A stretch of DNA of 64,000 nucleotides, from NCBI GenBank assembly GCA_041746255.1, contig JBGTHM010000005.1, positions 1 to 64,000 of the forward strand, read 5' to 3'. Shown piece by piece: positions 40,568 to 50,507 of the stretch; the first letter of the stretch is position 1; every line of letters starts with the position of its first letter. This stretch comes from Fibrobacteria bacterium (lineage in GTDB: Bacteria; Fibrobacterota; Fibrobacteria; UBA11236). The position numbers and the translations under genes were made by a program. The notes under the pieces are model-generated. The model ran no database searches. It was not told where the DNA came from and saw only the letters and a program-made list of their open reading frames with translations.

Positions 40568-40653
40568 GGATTTGCAGTCTTTGGATTGGGGGAATTAGAT
40601 GATAATTTGTGCAGGTAAAATAGGAAGTTAGCGAAAGGCTGGCAATGCGGAGA

Positions 40654-40677
40654 ACCGCCTGGGGGGCGGCGGTTCCG
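40654..40677 (-). terminator. GC-rich hairpin downstream of the 40723..41400 gene
   Basis: GAACCGCC-N8-GGCGGTTC. Confidence 0.5.
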
Positions 40678-40722
40678 CTCAGCGGTGGCAAACACCGGTA
40701 CGGAATCGAAATATCCCGGTAT

Positions 40723-41400
40723 TTAAAAGAGTACGCCCAGACGAGCGGCATATACTACGGGATTACCGAGGCCCTCGCCCGCATTGGCCAGAAGTACGTT
40801 GGTTTTACCTTCGATGTTCATTTGCGTGGAGGATGTCCGGAAAAGCAGCGCCCCTATGGAGGCTCCTAAATTAAAGCCGAATGCGTCGTCCCGGTCGGGG
40901 CCATTTCCATAGCCGAATCCCAATCCACCCCCGACATAGGGTGAAATATCGGTATTCATGGCATAAAAATTCGCGCCCAAATTCATGTCTACCATTAGGG
41001 AGTTATCGAAATTCGAAGTAACTTCTCCAAGGGTTTTAATCGCCGCGAAAGGATTAACTTCCCACAAATGGCCAGCAAAGAAATTATAGGCTAGCCCGTC
41101 CGCCATATTATGCATCGAAGCGGGCCCGAACCCCGCCGTGCTGAATCTCTTGGATTCCTTTCGAACCCGGATATCATCCCTTTTGACCGGATCGATTTCG
41201 CCCACCCGGTCTCCTTCCGCATACGGATCTGCCTTAGGAACGGTATCCGCCGGAACGGCTGCTTGAGTCGTATCGGTTTGCTGCCTGTTGTTCTCTTCAG
41301 AATTATCGATATAAATGTTATCCGCCAACAATGGGGCTGCGGTAAGCGCCAAGGCAAAGAACGACGGTGTGATAAGCCGGAAAAGGTTATTGCTCGTCAT
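40723..41400 (-). CDS. Outer-membrane beta-barrel protein
   Basis: Signal peptide, SPYVGGGLG strand, terminal ARLGVLF; GGAGG RBS. Confidence 0.75.
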   Translation of the reverse strand: MTSNNLFRLITPSFFALALTAAPLLADNIYIDNSEENNRQQTDTTQAAVPADTVPKADPYAEGDRVGEIDPVKRDDIRVRKESKRFSTAGFGPASMHNMADGLAYNFFAGHLWEVNPFAAIKTLGEVTSNFDNSLMVDMNLGANFYAMNTDISPYVGGGLGFGYGNGPDRDDAFGFNLGASIGALLFRTSSTQMNIEGKTNVLLANAGEGLGNPVVYAARLGVLF

Positions 41401-41483
41401 GAAAGCCCTCCTTTGTTACACCTGCTTATTAATCAAATTCTGAAATTGCGGAGGGCAAATGATATTTTTCCGGTTACCCGCAC

Positions 41484-42542
41484 TTACTTACAAGCGGGCA
41501 TTCCCCAAAGTAGCAGGGAAATCCCCTCCTTTTCCAGAAGTTTTCCGCATAATTCCCCATCCCTTTCCAATACCCACAACACAGCCGCACCCTTTTCCCG
41601 GGCCAGATGCTTTCCCTTTTCAGGACCCAAGACGAACAGCGCCGTGGATAAGGCGTCCGAGAGAATTCCTTCCCGTGTAATTACCGTTACCGAAACCGTT
41701 CCATAAACCGGTTTTCCGGTAGCGGGATCGAAAAGATGGTGATAGCGCTTGCCGTTTTTTTTGAAATACCGTTCATAATTCCCCGAAGTGGAAATAGCCA
41801 TTCCACCTTTTTTAGAAACGGTCGCGCAAATGGAATCGGCATGTGCGGGATGACGGATACCCAATTTCCAGCCTCCGGGTTTTTCACCACCCGCGAGCAT
41901 GTCTCCTCCGGCCTTGAGCAGGTGAAGCGAAAGTCCCAACGAATCCAGCATACGGTGCATGCGATCGACGGTATACCCTTTGGCGATGCCTCCCAAATCC
42001 AGGAGTAAGTCGTGCTGTTGCAAAACCACGCGGTCCTTACCGATTAAACGGAGCGGAAGATTATTCGAGGGGAGCTTTTCATCGACCCCCTTTTTTCGCA
42101 TGGGCAGTGCGGCGCGGATTTCTTTCTCGCCGGGGACTTTGGGAGTCTCACCACTTCCGAGGCCGTAGGATTTTTTAAGCGCATGTAACCCGATATCGAA
42201 AGCGCCTCCGCTCTCACTTTGCATGCGCAAAGCCGCTGCTAAAACAAAATAAAGTTCCGCGGATACCCTGACCGTGTCTCCAACCGCACCCCGCACATGC
42301 GAAAGTTCAGAATTGGGATCGTAATCGCTAAAAACGGCATTGAGGCGCTGTGATTCCCGCTCCATCAGCAGCGCGACCGAATCCGAGGGAAGAGCGCCCT
42401 CGCCATAGAGAGCCACCGAGAAATCGGAATCCATCGCCGACCATTGATAATGGAGGGGAGTCGTCGCCTGACCGAAAAGATTGAAGGCGCAAAAAGGCAA
42501 AAGGGTTGAGAATTGCTTTAATCGGAAGCGATACCTGACCAT
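41484..42542 (-). CDS. apbE: FAD:protein FMN transferase
   Basis: SGGAFDI, DLGGIAKGY.VD, GGD, STSGNYERYF, YHHLFDPATG, DALSTALFVLG. Confidence 0.93.
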   Translation of the reverse strand: MVRYRFRLKQFSTLLPFCAFNLFGQATTPLHYQWSAMDSDFSVALYGEGALPSDSVALLMERESQRLNAVFSDYDPNSELSHVRGAVGDTVRVSAELYFVLAAALRMQSESGGAFDIGLHALKKSYGLGSGETPKVPGEKEIRAALPMRKKGVDEKLPSNNLPLRLIGKDRVVLQQHDLLLDLGGIAKGYTVDRMHRMLDSLGLSLHLLKAGGDMLAGGEKPGGWKLGIRHPAHADSICATVSKKGGMAISTSGNYERYFKKNGKRYHHLFDPATGKPVYGTVSVTVITREGILSDALSTALFVLGPEKGKHLAREKGAAVLWVLERDGELCGKLLEKEGISLLLWGMPACK

Positions 42543-42666
42543 CCGTCCAAAATAGTAAGGCTAGGGAATTTCCACCCTGCGATAAATTTTCTAACTCCCC
42601 AATGCTACGAAGAACCTAATGAAAACCCCATGCAACAGGCAATTCTGCAAATTTTTCGGAAAAAAT

Positions 42667-43500
42667 ATGTCGTATCTACAGTTTAAATTTGGAATTGTCT
42701 TCACTTCCCTGGCACTATTCAACGCGCCTGCAACAGCAAGTTGCGGCCTGCAATTCTGCCCTCTTCCGACTCCTGAAACCGAATCGAAATGGAAGGTGGG
42801 ACTCACCTCGGAGCTGACCGGATTTGATTTTGCTTATGGAATGGGTACCTACCTGACGACATTGCCTCGCGTGCAATACCGTCCGGTACCTGCTGTTTTA
42901 CTCAGCCTGCATATTCCCGTCACCTTTCTGGATATATACGGCGAATCCGATGCGTTCGGCTTGGGAAACCCCTTTGTCCAAGGCGAATACCGACTTAATC
43001 TGGCTTTAACCCATTCGCTATCCTTCGGCGCGCAACTGGAAATCCCTTTGGGAGACCATAGCGCGGGATTAGCAGACGATCATTTCATGCTCCTTCCTTT
43101 TGTGACTTATGTGGGTTTTGGGGGTAATCTCAAATGGGCCTTGCAAACGGGCTGGGCCCAATCTTTGTCCGGGCATCATGACCACGCGGAAAGCCAGGTC
43201 TATGTGCGTCCGCATTCTGAAAGGGAATGGGTTTTTAACGCGGTGGCCGGTTACCTTATTTCCTTATGGAACTTAGAGCCCCAGTTCGGAATCGATGGAC
43301 AAATACCTGTGGCGGATAACCATGATCATGGTCCCGGACTTGTGAGTGAAGGTGAGAGCGAAGAGGCCCGACTCTTCGGATTCACCGCTCTGGCCATCGA
43401 TGTTGCGGGAACCCGTTTTTCCCCAGGTTTCAAATGGCCTCTGACCCGGGCGAGAAATCTCGATTGGAGCCTCTTCGTGAAAATCGATCGGGAACTCTGA
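42667..43500 (+). CDS. Putative outer-membrane transporter-like beta-barrel with Cys/His motifs
   Basis: Signal peptide then SCGLQFCP; GLGNP and LEIPLG strands; His clusters HHDH and NHDH; start may be 42619. Confidence 0.55.
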   Translation: MSYLQFKFGIVFTSLALFNAPATASCGLQFCPLPTPETESKWKVGLTSELTGFDFAYGMGTYLTTLPRVQYRPVPAVLLSLHIPVTFLDIYGESDAFGLGNPFVQGEYRLNLALTHSLSFGAQLEIPLGDHSAGLADDHFMLLPFVTYVGFGGNLKWALQTGWAQSLSGHHDHAESQVYVRPHSEREWVFNAVAGYLISLWNLEPQFGIDGQIPVADNHDHGPGLVSEGESEEARLFGFTALAIDVAGTRFSPGFKWPLTRARNLDWSLFVKIDREL

Positions 43501-43790
43501 AAGGTGCGACCTTGAAGCACCCTTGAGGATCAATCAAGCTCCAGCTAAAGCATTACAAAAGGCAGACAAAAAGGCTGGGAATGCAACTGATGGAATTGTC
43601 GGGGTGAGCCTTCCGAGGGCCGGGCCTGATTTTTTCACTATACTCAATTTGCGGATAGCTATTTTGGGTAAAATTCGGCAAAATTGGGGCTATTCTGGCG
43701 ATTCTGGCTTGTTTTGCGTGTACTCAAAAAGAGTATAGCGGAAAAAATGGAACCCCAACACCCCATGGCTTAACAAGATCGCCGCTCCGC

Positions 43791-44735
43791 TTAACAATAC
43801 CGCCGCACCAATTCCGAAAATCCCGTGTCCAAATGCTCCGCTACCCAAGCAGGCGTAATCTCCTGCTTGAGAAAACGGTGCTCAACCGAATTGTACCAAT
43901 GCACCACCGAAGTCTCGGACCGCAATAGTTCCGAAACTTGCCGAGCGGTGCCGGGGAAAAACCAATGGTTGGAGATTTCCGGGCCCAAGGGAAAGAAATG
44001 CCCGCTGGGAAGCAAAGTGAAATCATCACGCGATCGATTTTCCGTCATTTCCTGTAAGAGGTGCGTTCCCAGGCGAAAGCGCCGCAATCTATCCTTTTCC
44101 GGAATTGATCCCAAGGCTGCGAAGCATTCCGCCAAAAAGGGATGGCCCGCTTCCGCGCCCAACACCGCGTTGTTGGCGGCCTGAAAATAAAACCTTTCCA
44201 GAAAACGGAATCCACGCCATCCGGAAGGCATGCGCGCCAACACCTCGCGCATACCCAGGCGCGCGCCCGCCAGCGGCCACTTCCCCGGGTTTTTCCACTT
44301 TCGAAATTGAGCGGGAAATACCACGGTTTCCATCCCCGCGAAACCCCGCAAATCGCGAAGCGGAGAAAGGTCGCGCACCGTTATGGTATCGCAGTCGAGA
44401 TAAATCCCTCCGACTTGATACAAAATCGCCAAGCGCAATAAGTTCGCCTTGGACGCGGGAGAGGCGCTGCGCGCATACAATTCCCGCGCGAGATCTCCGC
44501 CTTCGGGCAAACCTTCAAACCACCGTCCATCCGCCTTTTCCACTTTCAGTTCCGGCCACGCAGCGATATCATCCAGTCCATCTATTTGCGAACTAACCAT
44601 CGCCTCCGGATTACCCGCAAGGAAAAGAATTTCATCAGGACGACACTGCTTTCGAGCCGACCTTAAAGCCAGCTTGCAGGCATAGGGGAAACGATTCCCA
44701 AACCAGATGAAAATAAGGCGATTGGGAACACTCAT
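43791..44735 (-). CDS. Glycosyltransferase, DxD sugar-binding (GT32-like)
   Basis: VPNRLIFIWFG, NLLRLAILYQVGGIYLDCD, NNAVLGAEAGHPF. Confidence 0.85.
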   Translation of the reverse strand: MSVPNRLIFIWFGNRFPYACKLALRSARKQCRPDEILFLAGNPEAMVSSQIDGLDDIAAWPELKVEKADGRWFEGLPEGGDLARELYARSASPASKANLLRLAILYQVGGIYLDCDTITVRDLSPLRDLRGFAGMETVVFPAQFRKWKNPGKWPLAGARLGMREVLARMPSGWRGFRFLERFYFQAANNAVLGAEAGHPFLAECFAALGSIPEKDRLRRFRLGTHLLQEMTENRSRDDFTLLPSGHFFPLGPEISNHWFFPGTARQVSELLRSETSVVHWYNSVEHRFLKQEITPAWVAEHLDTGFSELVRRYC

Positions 44736-45919
44736 GCCGCTGCGGGTTTCCCCGTTATCTCGTGGTAAAGGTCTACCTCATGCGAAAAACAATTGTCCCA
44801 AGTCAAACCCTGGGAGTATTCCATGGCAAGCCGGGATTTCTCCGCTTTATCCGAACTGTGATATAATTTCACTATCGCTTCAACCAAAGCTTCGGCGTCG
44901 GAAACCGGTATTACGATACCCGCGCCCGACTTCTCGATATGTTCGCGGGCAGCACCTAGATTGGCGCCGACCAGAACCTGTCCCGAGGCCATGGCTTCCA
45001 AAATGGATAGGCCGAAAGTTTCCCAACCGCTCAAAGCCAAACCCATTTCACAGGACGCATACCAAACGGCCATATCCTTGGGATCGCGCACGAATCCGAT
45101 ATAGCGCACATGCGCATGCTTAATCGCGGCTTGTTCCACCAACTCCAAATCCGGCCCAGTGCCCGCGAAAACCACGGCGGGCTCATGCCCCAGGCGTCGG
45201 CATAACTCCGGATAGGCTTTCAGGAAGGTTCGTAAACCTTTTTCTTCCATGAAACGATGGCCGAAAAAAATCGTGAGGCGCTCGGGCAGCCCGGCCTTCA
45301 GCTCTCGTACCCTCGCCTCGCTGCGACGCTGCGGGCTGAAACTCTCCGTATCCACCCCCAAGGGCACATACTGCAGGTTTCGCATGCCGCGCTCGCGCAT
45401 ACGCTCGAGTATGAAACGGCTGGGCACGAAAATCCCGTGCATGCGATTGTAGTGAAGGCGGGCATAACTCCACGCCAGCGACTCGAACAGTTTACCCGCG
45501 AAGTTTCCGAAGCGCGCGAAAAAGCGGCCCACATAGGTTACGGGAAAATCCGCATGCCAAAACCCCACCACCTTGGGCTGCCATGATAAACCGCGCAAGG
45601 CACGCCGCACCATGAAGGGCATGATATACGGCGAACCGATTTCGATGACGTCTGGGCGATGTTTTTCGATCACCTCGCGTAATAACCTGCTTTTCAGGAC
45701 AAAACGGTATTCCCAATTTCCGGGAGCTTTGAACGCGGGAACATGCTCGATCACCGTATGCGCGTCCAATGCTTCGGTGCGGCGATGGTTGTCGGGCATG
45801 AGAAAAACATAATGGATAGCCGGATGCTTACGGAAGTAGTCCAGCTTCTGTAAATGATAGCGCCGCACGCCGCCACCGGAAGGGCTCCAGAAATTATTGC
45901 AATCGAGGATGGAAAGCAT
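44732..45919 (-). CDS. Glycosyltransferase family 4 (GT-B)
   Basis: SGGGVRRY, PLGVD...F.P, EKG, ETFGLSILEAMASG. Confidence 0.9.
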   Translation of the reverse strand: MLSILDCNNFWSPSGGGVRRYHLQKLDYFRKHPAIHYVFLMPDNHRRTEALDAHTVIEHVPAFKAPGNWEYRFVLKSRLLREVIEKHRPDVIEIGSPYIMPFMVRRALRGLSWQPKVVGFWHADFPVTYVGRFFARFGNFAGKLFESLAWSYARLHYNRMHGIFVPSRFILERMRERGMRNLQYVPLGVDTESFSPQRRSEARVRELKAGLPERLTIFFGHRFMEEKGLRTFLKAYPELCRRLGHEPAVVFAGTGPDLELVEQAAIKHAHVRYIGFVRDPKDMAVWYASCEMGLALSGWETFGLSILEAMASGQVLVGANLGAAREHIEKSGAGIVIPVSDAEALVEAIVKLYHSSDKAEKSRLAMEYSQGLTWDNCFSHEVDLYHEITGKPAAA

Positions 45920-45954
45920 TTAGGCGGACCGGTAGGGATAAGGGCGCAGGGTAT

Positions 45955-46836
45955 TCAAATGGAAAGGTGCCCGTCGATGCAGGTTATGCAATAGCCGCCG
46001 ATGCGGATGGACTCGGTATTCGCATCCACTTCCACATCCACGAAACCGTTGCGCCCCAACTCAACCCCTTGGTTGGCCCTGTAAGCGTGGCCGGTTTCAT
46101 CCAAAAGGCGCGCATGCAGGAGGTAGGCGCCTACCGCGGCGTTGCCGCTGCCGCAAGTCGGGTTTTCCGGTATGCCCACCTCGGGAGCGAATGTACGCAA
46201 GTATACGGCATGGCTTTCCGCCTCAGATAGGGAAAATACGGTAACACCTCCGGTACCGGCCTCCCGGCTGAGGGCGGAAATGCTTTCCAGGGAAGGTTGT
46301 ACTTCGTGTACTGCTTTTTCGGAAGCGAGGCGCATGACCAGCCATTGCGCCCCGACGTTGATGATGCGGGCGCCTTCGCCCTCAATTCCAATCGCTCCCA
46401 GGGCGGCTCCCACGCGTCGGGACAATTCCACTCCCACCCTGCTCACCTTGGGTTGCGGAACCTGCACCGAAATTTTTCGCTCCGATCCTTCTCCGTTGAT
46501 GTGCAGTTCCAAAAGACCGGCTTGACATTCTTGCATCAGCCGGGTTTTTCCGGAAAGGCTTGCATCGCTTTCCAGCAGAGCATGCGCGCTTCCCAGCGTG
46601 GGATGGCCCGCGAAAGGCAATTCTCCCCGGGGAGTGAAAATACGTAATCGGTAATCCGCCCCGCTTCGGGAGGGGGGAAGCACAAAGGTGGTGGAGGTTA
46701 TACCCGTCCAACCGGCGATGCGCTGCATATCTTGAGTGGAAAGATCCTGAGCGCCCAATACCACGGCGACCGGATTGCCCTGATAGGGTTGTCGGGTGAA
46801 AACATCGACCTGTTTGAAAGGAAAGCGCTTAATCAT
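45955..46836 (-). CDS. PhzF-family isomerase/epimerase homolog
   Basis: FKQVDVF.....GNPVAVV, DYRLRIFTP..ELPFAGHPTLG, QG.ELGR.G; ATG at 46836. Confidence 0.9.
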   Translation of the reverse strand: MIKRFPFKQVDVFTRQPYQGNPVAVVLGAQDLSTQDMQRIAGWTGITSTTFVLPPSRSGADYRLRIFTPRGELPFAGHPTLGSAHALLESDASLSGKTRLMQECQAGLLELHINGEGSERKISVQVPQPKVSRVGVELSRRVGAALGAIGIEGEGARIINVGAQWLVMRLASEKAVHEVQPSLESISALSREAGTGGVTVFSLSEAESHAVYLRTFAPEVGIPENPTCGSGNAAVGAYLLHARLLDETGHAYRANQGVELGRNGFVDVEVDANTESIRIGGYCITCIDGHLSI

Positions 46837-47839
46837 TACGGCCTTTGGCGCTTGCCATCCACTTTTCCCAGGCCGTAACCATGCGGTCCATGGCCCCATC
46901 GAATTCCTTATCCAACACACGTCTTTCCGGCGAGGCGTCAAACCAGGCTACCGCATCCCGCGCCGCCGTTTTAAAGGAGGTGGTACAGGTGAATTTCGGA
47001 ACCAAACTCTTGATCTTGGAATTATCGAAAATAACGCTATGCGCCTTGTCGCCCAAAAGGCCGCCTCCCGTCTTGGGATCAAAAGCCGCGATGATCTCCG
47101 AAGGCAAGTGGACAATGGGTGGCTCGACTCCCGCCGCCTCACCCAGGAGGGTATAGATTTGATTCCAATTGAGAAGTTCGTCGGAGGTGATATGAAAAGC
47201 CTCTCCGATGGCGCGCGCATTGCCCAGGAGCCCCACGAAGCCGCGGGCGAAATCACTATTATGGGTCAGCACCCAAATGGAAGTACCGTCGCCGTGCACC
47301 ACGATCTTTTTACCCCGGCGCATTCGATCGATAACGGAATAACCGCCCGGAACGGGCATCATTCCTGGTCCATAAGTATGCGAAGGCCTCACAATGGTAA
47401 CCGGAAAGCCGCTTTCTTTATGGTAGCGAAGCAATGCCTTTTCGCAATCGGTCTTGTCCTGGGCATATTTCCAATAGGGGTGGCCGATGGGCATATCCTC
47501 GGAGATAGGCAATTTGTTGACCGGCTTGGAGTAAACCGAAGCGGAACTGATGAAAATGTATTGCCGGGTACGCTCGCGGAAGAGTTCATAGTCGGTGCGC
47601 ACATGCTCGGGCGTGAAAGCTATCCAATCCACCACGGCGTCGAAAGACAGGCCGTCCAGCTTCGCGCGCACGGAACCGGGATCGCGGATGTCCGCGACGA
47701 TTTGTTTGACGCCGGGAACCGACTGCGCTGATTTGCCGCGATTGAGGTGATACAAATCGATTCCCTGGGCCAAAGCCTCACGGGAGCAAGCGGTGCTGAT
47801 AACCCCGGTACCTCCAATAAACAAAACCTTTAATGCCAT
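46829..47839 (-). CDS. NAD-dependent epimerase/dehydratase (SDR)
   Basis: LFIGGTGVIS, YIFISSASVY, YAQDK, TIVRPSHTY. Confidence 0.92.
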   Translation of the reverse strand: MALKVLFIGGTGVISTACSREALAQGIDLYHLNRGKSAQSVPGVKQIVADIRDPGSVRAKLDGLSFDAVVDWIAFTPEHVRTDYELFRERTRQYIFISSASVYSKPVNKLPISEDMPIGHPYWKYAQDKTDCEKALLRYHKESGFPVTIVRPSHTYGPGMMPVPGGYSVIDRMRRGKKIVVHGDGTSIWVLTHNSDFARGFVGLLGNARAIGEAFHITSDELLNWNQIYTLLGEAAGVEPPIVHLPSEIIAAFDPKTGGGLLGDKAHSVIFDNSKIKSLVPKFTCTTSFKTAARDAVAWFDASPERRVLDKEFDGAMDRMVTAWEKWMASAKGRND

Positions 47840-47943
47840 AAAACGTCCTTTCACGCCGAATTCGGCCAATTTCCTCAGGAGGCGCCCGGGAACTCCATTC
47901 CGGGATTAAATTTAAAATTCATTCGCCCGAATCGGAGGCATCC

Positions 47944-48723
47944 TTGTCCGTTACCGCTGAACCCACCGTTTTCGCATGGCTCAACAATTCCTGGACTATC
48001 GGGATTGGCGGAGGCATTGTCAGCGGAATCATCGTTACCGGGGTAACGAATTGGCTTATCGGCGCCAAACAGAAAAAGGAATATCGCGGCCGGGTTCAGG
48101 CGGCCGATCAGGAAATAATGGCGACCATCCGGCCGTCGGTGGCTGAAAAAACCTTTCCGCCTTTTTCCGTCATCGAATCGCTGATGCGTTCCACCGCGAA
48201 CAAATATGCGGTGCGATACGCCGACCTGATGGGTGTAAACGCCATTTGCAACAACATCATCAAAGAAATCATGGACAATGTTTTTTTGTCGGTGCAGCAA
48301 AAGAAAAACTTTTGCGAATTGGTAACGAATTTAAGAAACCGGGAGTCGCTGGAACATAAATCGCGCCATCCCCATGATTCCACCCATGCGCCCAAGCGCG
48401 AGGTTTCGCATGCCGCCGGACTTACCATGGGATTCGCAGCGGCCGCTATCAGCCTGTTCCTGTCTCTGCGTCCCGAACTCACCACCATGATAGCCGGTAT
48501 CAGCGAACAGGGACGATTACCTTCGTGGCTCGGAATCATTGGAGTAACCTTGATGATTCCTCTGCTCCATTTTCTGGTCTTCACCCGTTCCCACGCCCGA
48601 CGGAAAAAGGAGGCCGCTTTGGAAAACCTGGCTAAATTGCAACAGGAAAAGCAAGATGCCCATAAAGCCGTCACCAAAACCATGCGAAAAATCAGGAGAG
48701 CCGAAATCCGCAAGACCCCCTAG
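47944..48723 (+). CDS. Hypothetical membrane protein (3 TM helices)
   Basis: GGAGG RBS before TTG; three hydrophobic segments. Confidence 0.65.
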   Translation: MSVTAEPTVFAWLNNSWTIGIGGGIVSGIIVTGVTNWLIGAKQKKEYRGRVQAADQEIMATIRPSVAEKTFPPFSVIESLMRSTANKYAVRYADLMGVNAICNNIIKEIMDNVFLSVQQKKNFCELVTNLRNRESLEHKSRHPHDSTHAPKREVSHAAGLTMGFAAAAISLFLSLRPELTTMIAGISEQGRLPSWLGIIGVTLMIPLLHFLVFTRSHARRKKEAALENLAKLQQEKQDAHKAVTKTMRKIRRAEIRKTP

Positions 48724-48930
48724 GCAGGGAATATCCGGATGCAAGCAGGTTGAGAGGATGTTGAAAATGCCATCTTGTTTGCCAGTTCGGCAAAAGTCGA
48801 GCCGCCAGCAGCGGCAGGCATCCTTACCCCAAAGGGTATAATATCGATTGCACCCTGAATATCCGCTTTTGCGCCGTTACCCCTGCTTGGCTCGGTCCTT
48901 GCTGTTATAGGTAAGAATAGAGGGGTTCTT

Positions 48931-49140
48931 ATGGAAATGCAGCAGCGGATTTTTCTGGAGAGCGGCGCGGTTGTCGCCCTACTCACCGCAGCTTTACTGG
49001 TTATGGTTTTCGTCCAGCTGGGAGCCTCGACTTGGTCCCTACCCAACGCCGCTAATACCCAGAAAACATCCCTGCTGCAAATCCAATCCGCCTATCAGAG
49101 CAGCGTCCCGCTCAATAACCAAGCCGCCACCGTGAAATAA
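48931..49140 (+). CDS. Possible small single-TM protein
   Basis: GAGGGG RBS and hydrophobic helix; 3' end overlaps mgtE on the opposite strand by 46 bp. Confidence 0.35.
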   Translation: MEMQQRIFLESGAVVALLTAALLVMVFVQLGASTWSLPNAANTQKTSLLQIQSAYQSSVPLNNQAATVK

Positions 49141-50507
49141 AGGAAAACGCCGGCAACATCCACCAGGGTGGCGACAAAAGGCGTCGACGAGGTGGCGGGA
49201 TCGGCTCCCAATCGACGCATGATAAAAGGGAGCATGGCCCCGAAAATCGTTCCCAGCATGACCACTCCCACCAAAGTCGCTCCCACCGTCAGGCCGATAC
49301 GGAACCAATGTTCGCCATAGCTCTCGAAAAGGCGCTCCCATAGAAAAACCCGGAACATGCCGATCGCGCCCAGAATCAGGCCCAAGCAAAGCCCCGTAAT
49401 GATTTCCCGCTTGAATACCCGCGACCAGTCGCGTAAACGCACCTCGCCCACAGCCATGGCGCGCACGATAAGCGCGGCGGTTTGCGATCCGCTATTGCCG
49501 CCGCTGGCGATGATGAGGGGAAGGAACAATGCCAATACCACGGCCTGCGCCAGCAGCTCTTCGTAATGGGCCATGGCGGTAATCGTCAGCATCTGGCCCA
49601 CGAAAAGCACGATAAGCCAGCGGACTCTTTTCTGCATGAGCGTTACCACCGGCGTACTCATATAGGGGTCGTCGAGGGCTTCGGAACCACCCATCATCTG
49701 AATATCTTCCGTGGCTTCCTCTTCGGCCACTTCCAGCACGTCGTCGATGGTAACGATGCCTAAAAGGGCTCCGCTAGAGTCCGTAACCGGAAGCGCCGTT
49801 CTATCGCTGTTCTTGAAGACGCGGATGGCGTCTTCCTGGGGGTCGGTCGCTTGCAGGGATAAAAAGCGCCTGTCGATCAAATCCGCGATTTTGGAATCCG
49901 GATCGGTTAGAATCAATTCCCGCATGCGAATATCATCGATGAGGTGAAAATCGCGATCGACGACATAGATGACGTTCAAAGTCTCGCTATCGCGGCCGAA
50001 GCGACGAATATGGTCCAGCGCCTGATGCAGGGTCCATTCGGGCAGCACGGCCACGTAATCGGGCGTCATGAGCCGTCCGATACTGTCTTCGGGGTATCCC
50101 AGCAAAGTATCGGCGACGCGTCTTTCACTGGGCGAGAGCAGACCCAGTAACCTTTGGGTAACCGGGGCCGGCAATTCCTCCAACAGGGCGGTGCGATCGT
50201 CGGGCGACATCTCATTCAGCAGGTCGGCCAGCCGCGTTTTGTTCTTGGCAATTGATTCCAGCAAATCCTGCTGCCGGTCGGAATCGAGGTATTCGAATAC
50301 CCGCGTCGCGGATTCGCGCGGCAACAGGCGGAAAAAAATCACGTCCTCGCCTTCGGGCAGGGAACGGATCAAATCGGCGAGCTCGGTGGGCGCCCAACCG
50401 GCCACGGCGCGCCGGAGATTGCGGTAGTCGCGCGCCTGAATCATTTCTTCGATTTCCGGCTGAATCAGCCGACCCAGCATTTCCTGGCTTTCGCGAGTCT
50501 CTTCCAT
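49095..50507 (-). CDS. mgtE: Magnesium transporter MgtE
   Basis: MgtE N-domain, CBS pair (GRLMTPDY, GIVTIDD), GGNSGSQ, DPA..S.PFVATLVD. Confidence 0.96.
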   Translation of the reverse strand: MEETRESQEMLGRLIQPEIEEMIQARDYRNLRRAVAGWAPTELADLIRSLPEGEDVIFFRLLPRESATRVFEYLDSDRQQDLLESIAKNKTRLADLLNEMSPDDRTALLEELPAPVTQRLLGLLSPSERRVADTLLGYPEDSIGRLMTPDYVAVLPEWTLHQALDHIRRFGRDSETLNVIYVVDRDFHLIDDIRMRELILTDPDSKIADLIDRRFLSLQATDPQEDAIRVFKNSDRTALPVTDSSGALLGIVTIDDVLEVAEEEATEDIQMMGGSEALDDPYMSTPVVTLMQKRVRWLIVLFVGQMLTITAMAHYEELLAQAVVLALFLPLIIASGGNSGSQTAALIVRAMAVGEVRLRDWSRVFKREIITGLCLGLILGAIGMFRVFLWERLFESYGEHWFRIGLTVGATLVGVVMLGTIFGAMLPFIMRRLGADPATSSTPFVATLVDVAGVFLYFTVAAWLLSGTLL

